Source of the DNA: Nitrospirota bacterium
GTDB lineage: Bacteria; Nitrospirota; UBA9217
Assembly: GCA_963740085.1 (NCBI GenBank)
Contig: CAVUCU010000001.1
Span: forward strand, 1,344,001 to 1,408,000
DNA length: 64,000 nt
Direction: 5' to 3'
Shown here: in pieces, positions 46,771-56,572 of the stretch
How positions within the stretch are numbered: position 1 is the first letter of the stretch
How the letters are laid out: each line of letters starts with the position of its first letter
Notes under the pieces: model-generated
Told to the model about the DNA's origin: nothing
Database searches by the model: none
What the model saw: only the letters and a program-made list of their open reading frames with translations
Translations under genes and position numbers: made by a program

Positions 46771-48078
46771 ATGAACAGGATTGTCGGAGAGGGTCGGTCC
46801 CCCACACCAGGAACAACCCTGGTGCTCCTCCTATTCGCGGTACTGTATGCCCTCGGCTTGAGCGGTTGCAGGAGCCCCGAACAGCGCGCCAATGGCTCGG
46901 TCATTGTTTTCAAACATGGCAAGATCGCGGGCGACCCGAGACCTTTTCGGGACCTGCTCGACCGGTTTGAGCGGGAGAACCCCGGCATCGTGGTAAGGGA
47001 CGAGACGCTCCCCGCGTCCACCGACGAACAGCACCAGTTCTACGCGATCAACCTCGATTCCCGGAGCAATGATTTCGATGTCCTCTCCATGGATGTCATC
47101 TGGGTCCCCGAGTTCGCACGGGCCGGCTGGCTCCGGGACATGACGGGCCTCCTGGCTGAAGGTGAACAGAGCGCGTTCTTTCCCGGGCCGATCCAGGCCG
47201 ATACGTATGAGGGCAGGCTCTTTGCCGTTCCCTGGTATATCGACGCAGGGCTTCTGTATTACCGCAGGGACCTCCTGAAGAAGTATAACCGTCCTGTTCC
47301 GAAGACATGGAAGGAGCTGGTCAGGACGGCCCGGGAAATCACCGGGAAAGAGAAGGGCCTTTACGGCTTCATCTGGCAGGGAAAACAATACGAGGGGCTG
47401 GTATGCAATGTCCTCGAGTACTTCTGGGGCAACGGCGGGGACGTGCTGAGCAACGGAACACCCGTCATCGACAGCCGGGAGAATATCGAGGCGCTCACGT
47501 TCATGAAGGATCTGATCGTTACGTATAAGATCACGCCGCCGCTCGTTACAACTGCAATCGAGGAGCCGACGCGTCATCTTTTCGGCAGCGGCAAGGCCCT
47601 TTTTATGCGCAACTGGCCATATGCCTGGAACATCTTCAACCGGCCGGGATCGGCGGTGAAGGGCTCGGTGGGCGTCGCGGTCTTACCGGCCTTTGCCGGC
47701 CACAAATCCGCTTCCACCCTCGGGGGCTGGCAGCTCGGTGTGAACCGGTATTCACAACACGCGGAAGAAGCAGAGAAGCTGGTCCGGTTCCTGACATCGA
47801 CCGCCGCCCAAAAGACCCTGGCGCTCACGGTCGGCTACAAACCGACGCGCAAGGCGCTGTACAAGGACCCGGACCTCCTGCGCGAACAGCCTTTTGTCGG
47901 CTCGCTCTACGGCATCTTCATGAACGCCCGGCCGAGGCCGGCAACGCCTTATTATATGATGATCACCCAGGTCATGCAGCCGGAGTTCAGCGCGGCGCTG
48001 TCCGGCGTGAAGACGCCGCAAGCGGCGCTTGATTCCGCCCAGAAGCAGATCGAGCATATACTGGGAGTTCAGCGATGA
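46771..48078 (+). CDS. Sugar ABC transporter substrate-binding lipoprotein (trehalose/maltose type)
   Basis: Lipobox LSGC; DVIW.PEFA..GWL, LYYR.DLL, QYEGL, FMRNWPY and TLGGW. Confidence 0.88.
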   Translation: MNRIVGEGRSPTPGTTLVLLLFAVLYALGLSGCRSPEQRANGSVIVFKHGKIAGDPRPFRDLLDRFERENPGIVVRDETLPASTDEQHQFYAINLDSRSNDFDVLSMDVIWVPEFARAGWLRDMTGLLAEGEQSAFFPGPIQADTYEGRLFAVPWYIDAGLLYYRRDLLKKYNRPVPKTWKELVRTAREITGKEKGLYGFIWQGKQYEGLVCNVLEYFWGNGGDVLSNGTPVIDSRENIEALTFMKDLIVTYKITPPLVTTAIEEPTRHLFGSGKALFMRNWPYAWNIFNRPGSAVKGSVGVAVLPAFAGHKSASTLGGWQLGVNRYSQHAEEAEKLVRFLTSTAAQKTLALTVGYKPTRKALYKDPDLLREQPFVGSLYGIFMNARPRPATPYYMMITQVMQPEFSAALSGVKTPQAALDSAQKQIEHILGVQR

Positions 48079-48926
48079 GCACGAGGGAAAAGGGAAACCG
48101 GTTCGTCATGCCGACCGTCGTCCTGCTTTCGCTTATCACGGTCTACCCGGTCATCTCGGTCCTGTATTTGAGCCTGCGCCGGAGGATGCTGATCTTTGAC
48201 ATATCTCAATTCGTGGGACTCGACAACTATCTGTTCCTGATGAAGGACAGCCGGTTCTGGAACGCCTTCTGGAATACCACGTACTTCACCGGGGTTTCCG
48301 TCACGCTGGAATTGCTCCTCGGTCTCTCCATCGCCCTCTTGCTCAACAGGACGTTCCGGTTCAAGGGCGTTGTGACCGCGATGGTCCTCGTTCCCTGGGC
48401 GGTCCCCACCGTCGTGTCCGCGCGGATGTGGGAATGGATGTATAACACGGACTTCGGCATTCTGAATTATCTGGCGGGAGTGAAGATCAACTGGCTCGGC
48501 AGTCCTTTCTGGGCCATGAACGCCGCGGTGCTCATGGACATCTGGAAAACGACTCCCTTCGTGGTCATCCTGCTCCTGGCCGGACTTAACATCATCCCTC
48601 GCGAGTTGTATCAGGCCGCACGCATCGACGGAGCGGGCGGCTGGTCGATCTTCAGGAGGATCACCCTGCCGCTGCTCATGCCCGTGATTCTCGTTGTCCT
48701 CCTCTTCAGGACCATGGACGCCTTCCGGGTCTTTGACGCCGTGTACGTGCTGACCGGCGGAGGACCGGCAAACAGCACGGAAACGCTTTCCATCTATGCC
48801 TACAAGGTCCTGTTCCAGACGCTTCAGTTCGGCTACGGCTCCACGCTCTCGATCGTCGTCTTCCTCTGTGTCAGCGCCATCAGCGTCCTGTACGTTCGTT
48901 TTTTGCAGGAAGAGGTGAGGCCATGA
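48075..48926 (+). CDS. Carbohydrate ABC transporter permease (MalF-like)
   Basis: FVGLDNY, WKTTPF, EAA-loop YQAARIDGA and LTGGGP. Confidence 0.92.
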   Translation: MSTREKGNRFVMPTVVLLSLITVYPVISVLYLSLRRRMLIFDISQFVGLDNYLFLMKDSRFWNAFWNTTYFTGVSVTLELLLGLSIALLLNRTFRFKGVVTAMVLVPWAVPTVVSARMWEWMYNTDFGILNYLAGVKINWLGSPFWAMNAAVLMDIWKTTPFVVILLLAGLNIIPRELYQAARIDGAGGWSIFRRITLPLLMPVILVVLLFRTMDAFRVFDAVYVLTGGGPANSTETLSIYAYKVLFQTLQFGYGSTLSIVVFLCVSAISVLYVRFLQEEVRP

Positions 48927-49735
48927 AACGCGCATGGTTCACGCTGACGCTGATCGCCGTGGTGCTCTGGTGCCTGGGTCCGTTCCTCTGGCAGGTCCTG
49001 ACGAGTCTGAAGCCCGATGCCGAGCTCACGCGTGTGCCGCCGCTGCTGCCCGTATCGCCGACAATCGCTCACTACCTCGCGGTCTTTACAAGCACTTCGT
49101 TCCCGAGGATCGTTGCGAACAGCGCGATCGTGGCCTTCTGCAGCACGGCGTTGTCGATCGCGATCGGTTCGCTGGCGGCCTATGGTCTGGCGAAGCTGAA
49201 CGTGCGCTATAAAGGGTTTATTCTGCTTTTTGTCCTGTCGGCGTCAATGTTCCCTCCCATCGCGACCGTGAGCCCGCTGTACCTCTTCATCCGGACACTG
49301 GGGCTCCGGGACACCTGGTGGGCGCTGATCCTGACCTACACCACGTTCACCCTTCCGCTTGCTGTCTGGATCATGACCAACTTTTTTCGGCAGATCCCTG
49401 ATGAGATCTATCTGGCGTCGCGCGTCGATGGCTGCACGCCCTTCCAGTCCTTCATCAGGGTCATGCTGCCCCTTGCCGCGCCGGGGATCATTACGGCGGC
49501 GATCCTGGTGTTCATTTTCTCCTGGAACGAGTTTCTCTTTGCGCTCACCTTTACGGCAACCTCCGCATCAAGGACCATCCCGGTCGCCATCGCGCTCTTC
49601 CCGGGTCTCCATGAAGTGCCGTGGGGAGACATTGCCGCGGCATCGGTCGTCGTCACCCTGCCGATCGTTGTACTGGTCTTCGTGTTCCAGCGGAGGATCG
49701 TCGAGGGGCTGACCGCCGGAGCCGTGAAGGGATGA
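48923..49735 (+). CDS. Carbohydrate ABC transporter permease (MalG-like)
   Basis: TSLK, ASRVDG, WNEFLFA and C-terminal GLTAGAVKG. Confidence 0.92.
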   Translation: MKRAWFTLTLIAVVLWCLGPFLWQVLTSLKPDAELTRVPPLLPVSPTIAHYLAVFTSTSFPRIVANSAIVAFCSTALSIAIGSLAAYGLAKLNVRYKGFILLFVLSASMFPPIATVSPLYLFIRTLGLRDTWWALILTYTTFTLPLAVWIMTNFFRQIPDEIYLASRVDGCTPFQSFIRVMLPLAAPGIITAAILVFIFSWNEFLFALTFTATSASRTIPVAIALFPGLHEVPWGDIAAASVVVTLPIVVLVFVFQRRIVEGLTAGAVKG

Positions 49736-49780
49736 GGTCAAGTGCGGAATGAGAGGGCGCGGCGAGCAAGGCTGGTGTCC

Positions 49781-49857
49781 CCGCAGAGGCGCAGAGCGCG
49801 CAGAGAAAATCCTCATTATTTCTACATGCAGTTCTCCGTGTCTCCGCGTCTCCGCGG
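49781..49857. repeat. REP-like imperfect palindrome with periodic CGCAGAG/CTCCGCG units
   Basis: CCGCAGAGGCGCAGAGCGCGCAGAGAA, an AT-rich spacer, then TTCTCCGTGTCTCCGCGTCTCCGCGG. Confidence 0.65.
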
Positions 49858-49923
49858 TAGATTATGACTTTGTTGACTTTGCACGGGTTTAACAACTGAG
49901 CAGGAGGAAGAGAACGAACCGCT

Positions 49924-50997
49924 ATGACGCAGATACGTCTTGAAAACGTAACGAAGAGCTTCGGCTCGACCACGGTCATCAAAGGCCTCGACCTGACGAT
50001 CAACGAGGGTGAGTTCTTCGCCTTTGTGGGGCCGAGCGGATGCGGCAAGTCCACGATCCTGAACATGATCGCGGGACTGGAGACGATATCCTCCGGCTCG
50101 ATCTTCTTTGATGACAGGCTGGTCAACCAATCGTCGCCAAAAGAGCGGGACGTGGCCATGGTCTTCCAGAGCTACGCGCTCTATCCTCATATGACGGTGT
50201 ACGAGAACATCGCGTTCCCGCTCAGGATGCAAAAGGCCGGGAGAGACCTGATCGACAGCGAGGTCCGGCGCATAGCCGGCTTTCTGGGCCTGGAGGACCT
50301 GCTTGGGAGAAAGCCAAAGGAGCTCTCCGGCGGTCAGCGGCAGCGCGTTGCGCTCGGGAGGGCGATCGTCCGGAAACCGAAGGTCTTTCTGATGGATGAA
50401 CCGCTCTCGAACCTTGATGCGCGCCTGAGGATCGAAATGCGGGCCGAACTGAAACGCCTCCACCAGGAGCTCGGCATCACGACCGTCTATGTGACCCATG
50501 ACCAGGGCGAGGCCATGGGACTCTCGGACAGGATCGCGGTATTGAACAAGGGCGAGGTTCAGCAGTGCGATACACCGCGGACCGTCTATCAGAAGCCCGT
50601 GAACAGCTTCGTGGGCGGGTTTATCGGTAGTCCGCCGATGAATTTTCTGCGCTGTGGCGTGAAACAGGGAAAACCCCTGATCGCGGACTGCAGCGGGGTC
50701 TTCTGGTCCCTGCCGGGAAACGTGCTCCCCGATACACCGGAGGTGCTTGTCGGGATCCGGCCCGAGGATATACTGGTTGAAAGTGTGAAACGGGACAACA
50801 GCATTGCCGTGATCGTTTCTGTGATCGAGCCTGCGGGCGCATTTAACTGGGTGAACGTCTCATGGAAAGGGATAAAGCTCACTGCCATGTCAAGACCCGA
50901 TGATGAGATCCGTCCGAGAACACAGGCATATCTGACGATTTCCCCGGATACGATGTCGGCATTCGACGCCACCTCAGGAGCCAGATTGAAGCCTTAA
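49924..50997 (+). CDS. Sugar ABC transporter ATP-binding protein (MalK-like)
   Basis: GPSGCGKST, VFQSYALYPHM, LSGGQRQR, DEPLSNLDA, YVTHDQ and FIGSPPMN. Confidence 0.95.
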   Translation: MTQIRLENVTKSFGSTTVIKGLDLTINEGEFFAFVGPSGCGKSTILNMIAGLETISSGSIFFDDRLVNQSSPKERDVAMVFQSYALYPHMTVYENIAFPLRMQKAGRDLIDSEVRRIAGFLGLEDLLGRKPKELSGGQRQRVALGRAIVRKPKVFLMDEPLSNLDARLRIEMRAELKRLHQELGITTVYVTHDQGEAMGLSDRIAVLNKGEVQQCDTPRTVYQKPVNSFVGGFIGSPPMNFLRCGVKQGKPLIADCSGVFWSLPGNVLPDTPEVLVGIRPEDILVESVKRDNSIAVIVSVIEPAGAFNWVNVSWKGIKLTAMSRPDDEIRPRTQAYLTISPDTMSAFDATSGARLKP

Positions 50998-51054
50998 GCG
51001 GAGCCGGCCGGAACAAGATTTCCTTCGACCACCCGGAGACGGAGACAAGGGCGT

Positions 51055-52401
51055 ATGAAAGTTCCCTCGAAAGCACTGCATCTTGGGCAGGTGTTGCTCC
51101 CCTTCCAGGAGTTCTTCCGCCTGGAAGCAGCAGGCGGCATCCTGCTCATGGCCTGCACGGTGGCGGCCCTGGTCTGGGCCAATTCACCCTGGTCAGGATC
51201 GTACAGCGCGCTCTGGCATACGGAGCTCAGCGCGGGGCTGGGCCCGTGGAGTATTGCGAAATCGCTTCACGCATGGATCAACGACGGTCTGATGGCGATA
51301 TTCTTTTTCGCGGTCGGTCTTGAGATCAAGCGCGAGGTGCTGGTCGGTGAGCTCGCCACCGTAAAGAAGGCCATGTTGCCGATCGCCGCGGCCTTGGGCG
51401 GGATGATGGTCCCGGCAATCATCTATTACGCATTGAATGCGGGAAGGCCGGGCATGAACGGCTGGGGAATTCCCATGGCAACTGACATCGCTTTCGCCCT
51501 GGGCGTACTGGCGATACTGGGAGACCGCGTCTGCCTCTCGGTCAAGATCTTCCTGACAGCCCTGGCGATCGTCGACGATATCGGCGCGGTGCTGATAATC
51601 GCATTGTTCTATACCGCAGAGGTCTCGCTATCCGCCCTTGGTGTGGGAGCTGTTTTTCTGGCCGCGCTTGTCATCGCGAACCGGGCGGGCGTGCACAACC
51701 CGCTCGTGTATACCGTCCTGGGCCTCGGCCTCTGGGCGGCCTTCCTGAAGTCCGGCGTCCATCCCACGGTCGCGGGCGTTATCGTCGCCATGACGATCCC
51801 GGCCCGACAGCAGATCAGCGATGCCGACTTTCTCACCAGGAGCCGGAATATCCTGACTTCCTTTCGGGAGGTGAGTGAAAAAGGCGGCAGAATGATCGCA
51901 AGCGAGAGCCAGCGCAAAGCGGCAGCCGCGCTGAACCGGGCGAGCCAGTTCGTCCAGACGCCGCTCCAGCGTATGGAACATGAGCTCCATCCCTGGGTAA
52001 CGTTCCTCATCGTACCGGTCTTTGCCCTGGCGAATGCGGGCGTGAATATCAGCGCCGGGTTCTCGGAAGCCTTGACGGACCGGATCTCGCTCGGGATCAT
52101 TGCGGGTCTGGTCGGTGGCAAACAAATCGGGATCACGCTCTTTGCCTGGCTTGCCGTCAAGGCCGGCTTGGCAGCGCTTCCCGGGGATATAGCCTGGAAG
52201 GACATCTATGCCGCGGGTTGGCTCGGGGGCATCGGCTTTACCATGTCGCTCTTCATCGCGAATCTTGCCTTTGATGAGACTTCATTCCTTACGGTTTCCA
52301 AGGTCGGCATCTTGACCGCCTCCCTCATAGCGGGCGGCGTGGGGTGGGCGACGTTCAAAAGCACGACGCCCTGCAGGCCGACCATGCCGCAAACCGATTG
52401 A
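51055..52401 (+). CDS. nhaA: Na+/H+ antiporter NhaA
   Basis: WINDGLMAIFF, GLEIKRE, GWGIPMATDIAF, LAIVDD and GIGFTMSLFI. Confidence 0.96.
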   Translation: MKVPSKALHLGQVLLPFQEFFRLEAAGGILLMACTVAALVWANSPWSGSYSALWHTELSAGLGPWSIAKSLHAWINDGLMAIFFFAVGLEIKREVLVGELATVKKAMLPIAAALGGMMVPAIIYYALNAGRPGMNGWGIPMATDIAFALGVLAILGDRVCLSVKIFLTALAIVDDIGAVLIIALFYTAEVSLSALGVGAVFLAALVIANRAGVHNPLVYTVLGLGLWAAFLKSGVHPTVAGVIVAMTIPARQQISDADFLTRSRNILTSFREVSEKGGRMIASESQRKAAAALNRASQFVQTPLQRMEHELHPWVTFLIVPVFALANAGVNISAGFSEALTDRISLGIIAGLVGGKQIGITLFAWLAVKAGLAALPGDIAWKDIYAAGWLGGIGFTMSLFIANLAFDETSFLTVSKVGILTASLIAGGVGWATFKSTTPCRPTMPQTD

Positions 52402-52529
52402 AGGAAGTCCGGGCGAAGCCGAAAATAACGCTGTCGCGACAGCGCGCCTCAGGGAGATTTGATAAGTCAGGAAGATAGGAAGGTCGCACGGAACAGACGG
52501 TCGCGGGTATCGAGTAAAGAGGAGGGACC

Positions 52530-53009
52530 ATGGACAACGAGGTCGTGTATTTATCGAAGGTCAGGATAGAGCGGGATAAAGGGCCGCTTCGGCGGGCCTG
52601 GCTGCCCGCGGAGAAAGAGCCCGTAGTATTCGGCGTTCATTCGGGAATAGCGGCGCATTACAAGGTCGACCCTGCGAAGTTCGAGCCGCATGCAGCGACC
52701 CTCGATTATGTCGTGGCCGCAGCCGCCGGCTGACTCACCGGCACCTTTGGCGGCGCGCTGGAAGCGCGCGGGATATCAGCATCGGAAGGGCGGCTTGCGT
52801 CGGAGGCCCGGGGAGAGATAGAGACCGAGGGCGGTGTGCTCGTAGTAAAACGGATCCACGTTACCTATCATCTCAAGCTCGGCCTCAAGGACCGGGAAAC
52901 CGCCGAACGGGTCCATGGTTTTCACAAGGAACACTGTCCCGTTGCCCGCACCATCGGCAATTGCGTGGACATCACTACTTCGCTCGATATGGAGGATACC
53001 CCGGCCTGA
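52530..53009 (+). CDS. OsmC-family peroxiredoxin-like protein, probable selenoprotein (in-frame TGA at 52731-52733)
   Basis: The 67-aa ORF ends DYVVAAAAG-TGA, and the same frame continues LTGTFGGALEARG...KRIHVTYHL...HCPVARTIG... to TGA 53007-53009, giving 159 aa. GGAGG RBS upstream and SECIS-like hairpin downstream of the TGA. Confidence 0.85.
52753..52769 (+). promoter_or_regulatory. Putative bacterial SECIS hairpin
   Basis: GCGCGCT-GGA-AGCGCGC is a perfect 7-bp stem with a G-initiated loop starting 27 nt after the UGA. Confidence 0.7.
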
Positions 53010-53208
53010 TCCGGGCAAGAGGGAACCGAATTCTTATTCACCACGAAGGTCATACTAGCCGCACAGAAATTCAAAAGGTCGGGCAGAGGGTCCCCTCTTG
53101 TTGTTGTGGGGTCACCCGGCAGTGACATCATGGCCGCCCGCGCGTGCGGACAAAAGCACGCTGGTTCCGGGCCGGCGAAAAAAAGAGAAGCGAACCGTCA
53201 TCTTCATC

Positions 53209-54381
53209 CTACAGCGTGACATTCTCCTGCAGCGCATGGTACGCCAGCAAGAACATGGCGGCGTTCCAGGACTGGCCGTTCATGCCCATGGGTTCGCCGG
53301 TCCTGCCGTGGAACCACTCGTTGAATGACCAGTTGTTCACCCGGCAGACCCCGGCGTAGCGCGCCAGTTCCTGCCAGGCAAGTTCCCTTCGCCCGGTCTT
53401 TGTCAGCAGCATGACCCAGAAGCCGGCGACAAAGGGCCAGATGCCGCCGTTATGGTACTGGTGCGGAAGATTTTGTTTATGACGCTCCATGTAGGGCCGC
53501 CAGAGGGGATTGGTTCTCGCGATGGGGAAGAGCACGGATCGGACGGGCCAGGGACGGTTCGCCTTTTCACGCAGCAGGGCATCAAGAATGCCCGTTCTTC
53601 TCTTCAACACCGGGATCGAGAAGAGGCAGGAGAGCACATTGCCGAAGACATCCACCTCTTCCCCCCAGAAGGAGAAGTTCACGAAGCTGAGGTAAAAGTC
53701 GCGCTGTTTCGCCCCGCTCTTTACATAGTCCGTGAGGACCCGGACGCGGCGGTGCCTGGAGCAGGACTTGTCAAAGGGATAGAACAGATGGCGGAAAAAA
53801 TGACGCGTCTTGTCGGCCGTGGCCACGTGGTAAAGCTTCTTGACATGGTACCACAGTGCGTTGGAGTAGAGCACGAAGCCCGAGCGCGGCATGATGTCGG
53901 CCCAGTCGCTGGCCTCGTTCTGCTGCAGCAGGTACATGCCCTGGTGCTCCTGGCAGAAGAGCCAGCCGAGGGCCTTACCGGTCTCCTGCTCCAGTTTCTT
54001 TTTTAATTCTTCCCCGGGGAAGGTGCGGTCGTAGAAGTCCAGGGCGATGAGCCACCAGAGCGTGGCGTCGATGCAGCCTGAATACCAGAAGTCCGTTTTC
54101 CGTGTCTGGGTCACGTACTTCGGGATCTGGCCGTTCGGGGCCTGGTATCGGGCGAGGGTGAGGATGCCTGTCTTCGCGGCGCGGGCGAGTTCACGGTCTC
54201 CCGATGTCACCATGCCCAGGGAACAGATCGCGGCGTCCCTGCCGAAGATGCTGGCATACCCCCTGTCCACGGCCTTCTTTGAACGGGCGCAGGCAATAAC
54301 ACCGGAGGCCGTGGAGTTCCGCTTCAAGAGTTCCAGGGAGCGGTCGTAGCATTCATCTATGAGATCGATGTCGGTCTTCAT
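53209..54381 (-). CDS. (alpha/alpha)6-barrel glycoside hydrolase (GH100 invertase-like or amylo-alpha-1,6-glucosidase-like)
   Basis: Y..IFGRD, GQIP, DATLWW, YHNGGIWPF, FNEW and QSWNAA motifs. Confidence 0.8.
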   Translation of the reverse strand: MKTDIDLIDECYDRSLELLKRNSTASGVIACARSKKAVDRGYASIFGRDAAICSLGMVTSGDRELARAAKTGILTLARYQAPNGQIPKYVTQTRKTDFWYSGCIDATLWWLIALDFYDRTFPGEELKKKLEQETGKALGWLFCQEHQGMYLLQQNEASDWADIMPRSGFVLYSNALWYHVKKLYHVATADKTRHFFRHLFYPFDKSCSRHRRVRVLTDYVKSGAKQRDFYLSFVNFSFWGEEVDVFGNVLSCLFSIPVLKRRTGILDALLREKANRPWPVRSVLFPIARTNPLWRPYMERHKQNLPHQYHNGGIWPFVAGFWVMLLTKTGRRELAWQELARYAGVCRVNNWSFNEWFHGRTGEPMGMNGQSWNAAMFLLAYHALQENVTL

Positions 54382-54387
54382 CGTAAC

Positions 54388-54413
54388 AGTATAGGGCAGG
54401 GCTATGATATAAT
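54388..54413. promoter_or_regulatory. Divergent -10 elements for the glycoside hydrolase (minus, TATACT) and glgE (plus, TGaTATAAT)
   Basis: agtata at 54388-54393 and tgatataat at 54405-54413. Confidence 0.5.
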
Positions 54414-54530
54414 GAAGTTACCATAGCATGTTTTTCCGTTTTTTTCCATAGCCCTGTAGCATCGGCTTTTTTGCACCCCTGTGCATCTCACGATCCGCAG
54501 GACATATCGATCAAGACCAAGGGGACTTTC

Positions 54531-56528
54531 ATGATTGAAGACGGAAGAAGGCGGGTTGTCATCGAGCGCGTGTATCCCGAGATCGATGGCGGTGCATTTC
54601 CGGCGAAGCGGGTGGTCGGAGAAAAGATCGAGGTGTCGGCTGATATCTTTTCCGACGGCCACGACTCGCTCTCCGCGCGGCTGCAGTACCGCCTTGCCTC
54701 GGACTCCGCATGGATCTCGGTTCCGATGGTTTCCCGGGTGAACGACCGTTGGCGTGCCGAGTTCACGGTCGCGGAGATGGGCGTCTACGTCTATACGGTC
54801 GAGGGATGGGTGGACCATTTCCGGACCTGGCAGCGGGACCTCAAGAAGAAGCACGAGGCCGACCAGGACCTGCGCGTGGATCTCATGACCGGCCTGCGGA
54901 TGGTCGCTGACGCGGTCAGCCGCATCACCGATGACAAGCCCCGTCAGGCCATCACCCTCCTTCACGGTCAGCTTGAGAAGGCGGCAGGCGGAAGTGATGC
55001 CGAGGCGGTTGCTCTTGCCCTGGGTAAGGACCTTACGGACCTCATGGAGCAATATCCCGATCGGCGTTTTGCTGTTACTTATGGCAGGGAGCTGCAGGTC
55101 ACTGTGGATATTCCCAAGGCGCTCTTCAGCACGTGGTACGAGTTCTTTCCCCGTTCGGTCCCGTCCGATAAGGGGGAACTCACGGCACCTTCAAAGACTG
55201 CGAGAGGTTCCTGCCCTATGTGGCCGGCATGGGCTTCGATGTCGTCTATCTTCCCCCCATCCATCCGATCGGCGACGACGAAACGAAAAGGAAAGGACAA
55301 TGCCGCAGAGGCCGCGCCGGACGACGTGGGAAGCCCATGGGCCATCGGAAGCGCCGAGGGTGGTCATGACGCGGTGCATCCCGACCTCGGTACTGCTGAC
55401 GATCTGGAACGGTTCGTCAGGAAGGCGAAGGAGCTGGGCATCGACGTGGCCCTGGACCTGGCGCTCCAGTGCTCTCCGGACCATCCTTACGTGAAGGACC
55501 ATCCGACATGGTTCCGCTGGCGGCCCGATGGAACGGTCCAGTTTGCAGAGAACCCGCCGAAGAAGTATGAGGACATCTTCCCGCTGAACTTCGAGACCGA
55601 GGACTGGCAGGGGCTTTGGGAGGAGGTCCTGCGGGTGGTGCGGTTCTGGATCACCAAGGGCGTGCGTATCTTCCGCGTGGACAATCCGCACACCAAACCC
55701 TTCGCCTTCTGGCACTGGCTTATCCGCGAGGTTCGGAAAGAACATCCCGAGGTGTTCTTCCTGGCCGAAGCATTCACGAGGCCCAAGATCATGTCCCGCC
55801 TGGGCAAGGTGGGGTTCGCCCAGTCCTATACGTACTTCACCTGGCGCTATACCAAGCGGGAGTTCGTCGAGTACCTGACCGAATTGACGCGCAGCGACCT
55901 CCGGGACCTCTACCGGCCGAACTTCTGGCCGAATACGCCGGACATCCTTCCGGAACATCTTCAATACGGGGGCAGGCCGGCGTTCATCATGCGGTATCTG
56001 CTTGCCGCCACGCTTTCGTCGAACATCGGGATCTACGGACCGGCCTTCGAACTCTGCGTGAACGAACCCGTGTCCGGGAAGGAAGAGTACCTCCACTCGG
56101 AGAAGTATGAGATCAGGAAGTGGGACCTTGATGATCCGAAGAGCCTGCGCGAGGTCATCGCCCGGATCAACCGCATCCGCCGGGAGAACAAGGCGCTCCA
56201 GACCACCTGGAACCTTGAGTTCTACGAGACCGACAACGACAATCTGCTGTGCTACGGCAAGGCCACGGAGGACGGCGAGAACGCGCTCATCATCGTGGTG
56301 AACCTCGATCCCTTCCATGCCCAGTCGGGCTGGGTCCGCATCCCGGTTCAGGAGCTCGGCCTGGGCGACCACCAGCCCTACCTGGTGCACGACCTGATCG
56401 GCGACGACAAGTACATCTGGGAGGGGGAGCGGAACTTCGTGGAGCTCAACCCGCAGGTAATGCCGGGCAATATACTCCGGGTTCGGAAGAAGCTGAAGCG
56501 CGAGACAGATTTTGATTATTTTCTGTAA
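54531..56528 (+). CDS. glgE: Alpha-1,4-glucan:maltose-1-phosphate maltosyltransferase GlgE, with a short compensated frameshift in this sequence
   Basis: [55 protein letters not shown] and PNTPDIL. Confidence 0.93.
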   Translation: MIEDGRRRVVIERVYPEIDGGAFPAKRVVGEKIEVSADIFSDGHDSLSARLQYRLASDSAWISVPMVSRVNDRWRAEFTVAEMGVYVYTVEGWVDHFRTWQRDLKKKHEADQDLRVDLMTGLRMVADAVSRITDDKPRQAITLLHGQLEKAAGGSDAEAVALALGKDLTDLMEQYPDRRFAVTYGRELQVTVDIPKALFSTWYEFFPRSVPSDKGELTAPSKTARGSCPMWPAWASMSSIFPPSIRSATTKRKGKDNAAEAAPDDVGSPWAIGSAEGGHDAVHPDLGTADDLERFVRKAKELGIDVALDLALQCSPDHPYVKDHPTWFRWRPDGTVQFAENPPKKYEDIFPLNFETEDWQGLWEEVLRVVRFWITKGVRIFRVDNPHTKPFAFWHWLIREVRKEHPEVFFLAEAFTRPKIMSRLGKVGFAQSYTYFTWRYTKREFVEYLTELTRSDLRDLYRPNFWPNTPDILPEHLQYGGRPAFIMRYLLAATLSSNIGIYGPAFELCVNEPVSGKEEYLHSEKYEIRKWDLDDPKSLREVIARINRIRRENKALQTTWNLEFYETDNDNLLCYGKATEDGENALIIVVNLDPFHAQSGWVRIPVQELGLGDHQPYLVHDLIGDDKYIWEGERNFVELNPQVMPGNILRVRKKLKRETDFDYFL

Positions 56529-56572
56529 TCCGCGGGACTCGGTGAAATCGGTTTTTCCCGACAATGATGTTC

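Noticed and set aside
49781-49857. CRISPR array or tRNA
   Set aside because: The units are 8-9 nt, inverted rather than direct with spacers; there is no cloverleaf and no cas gene.
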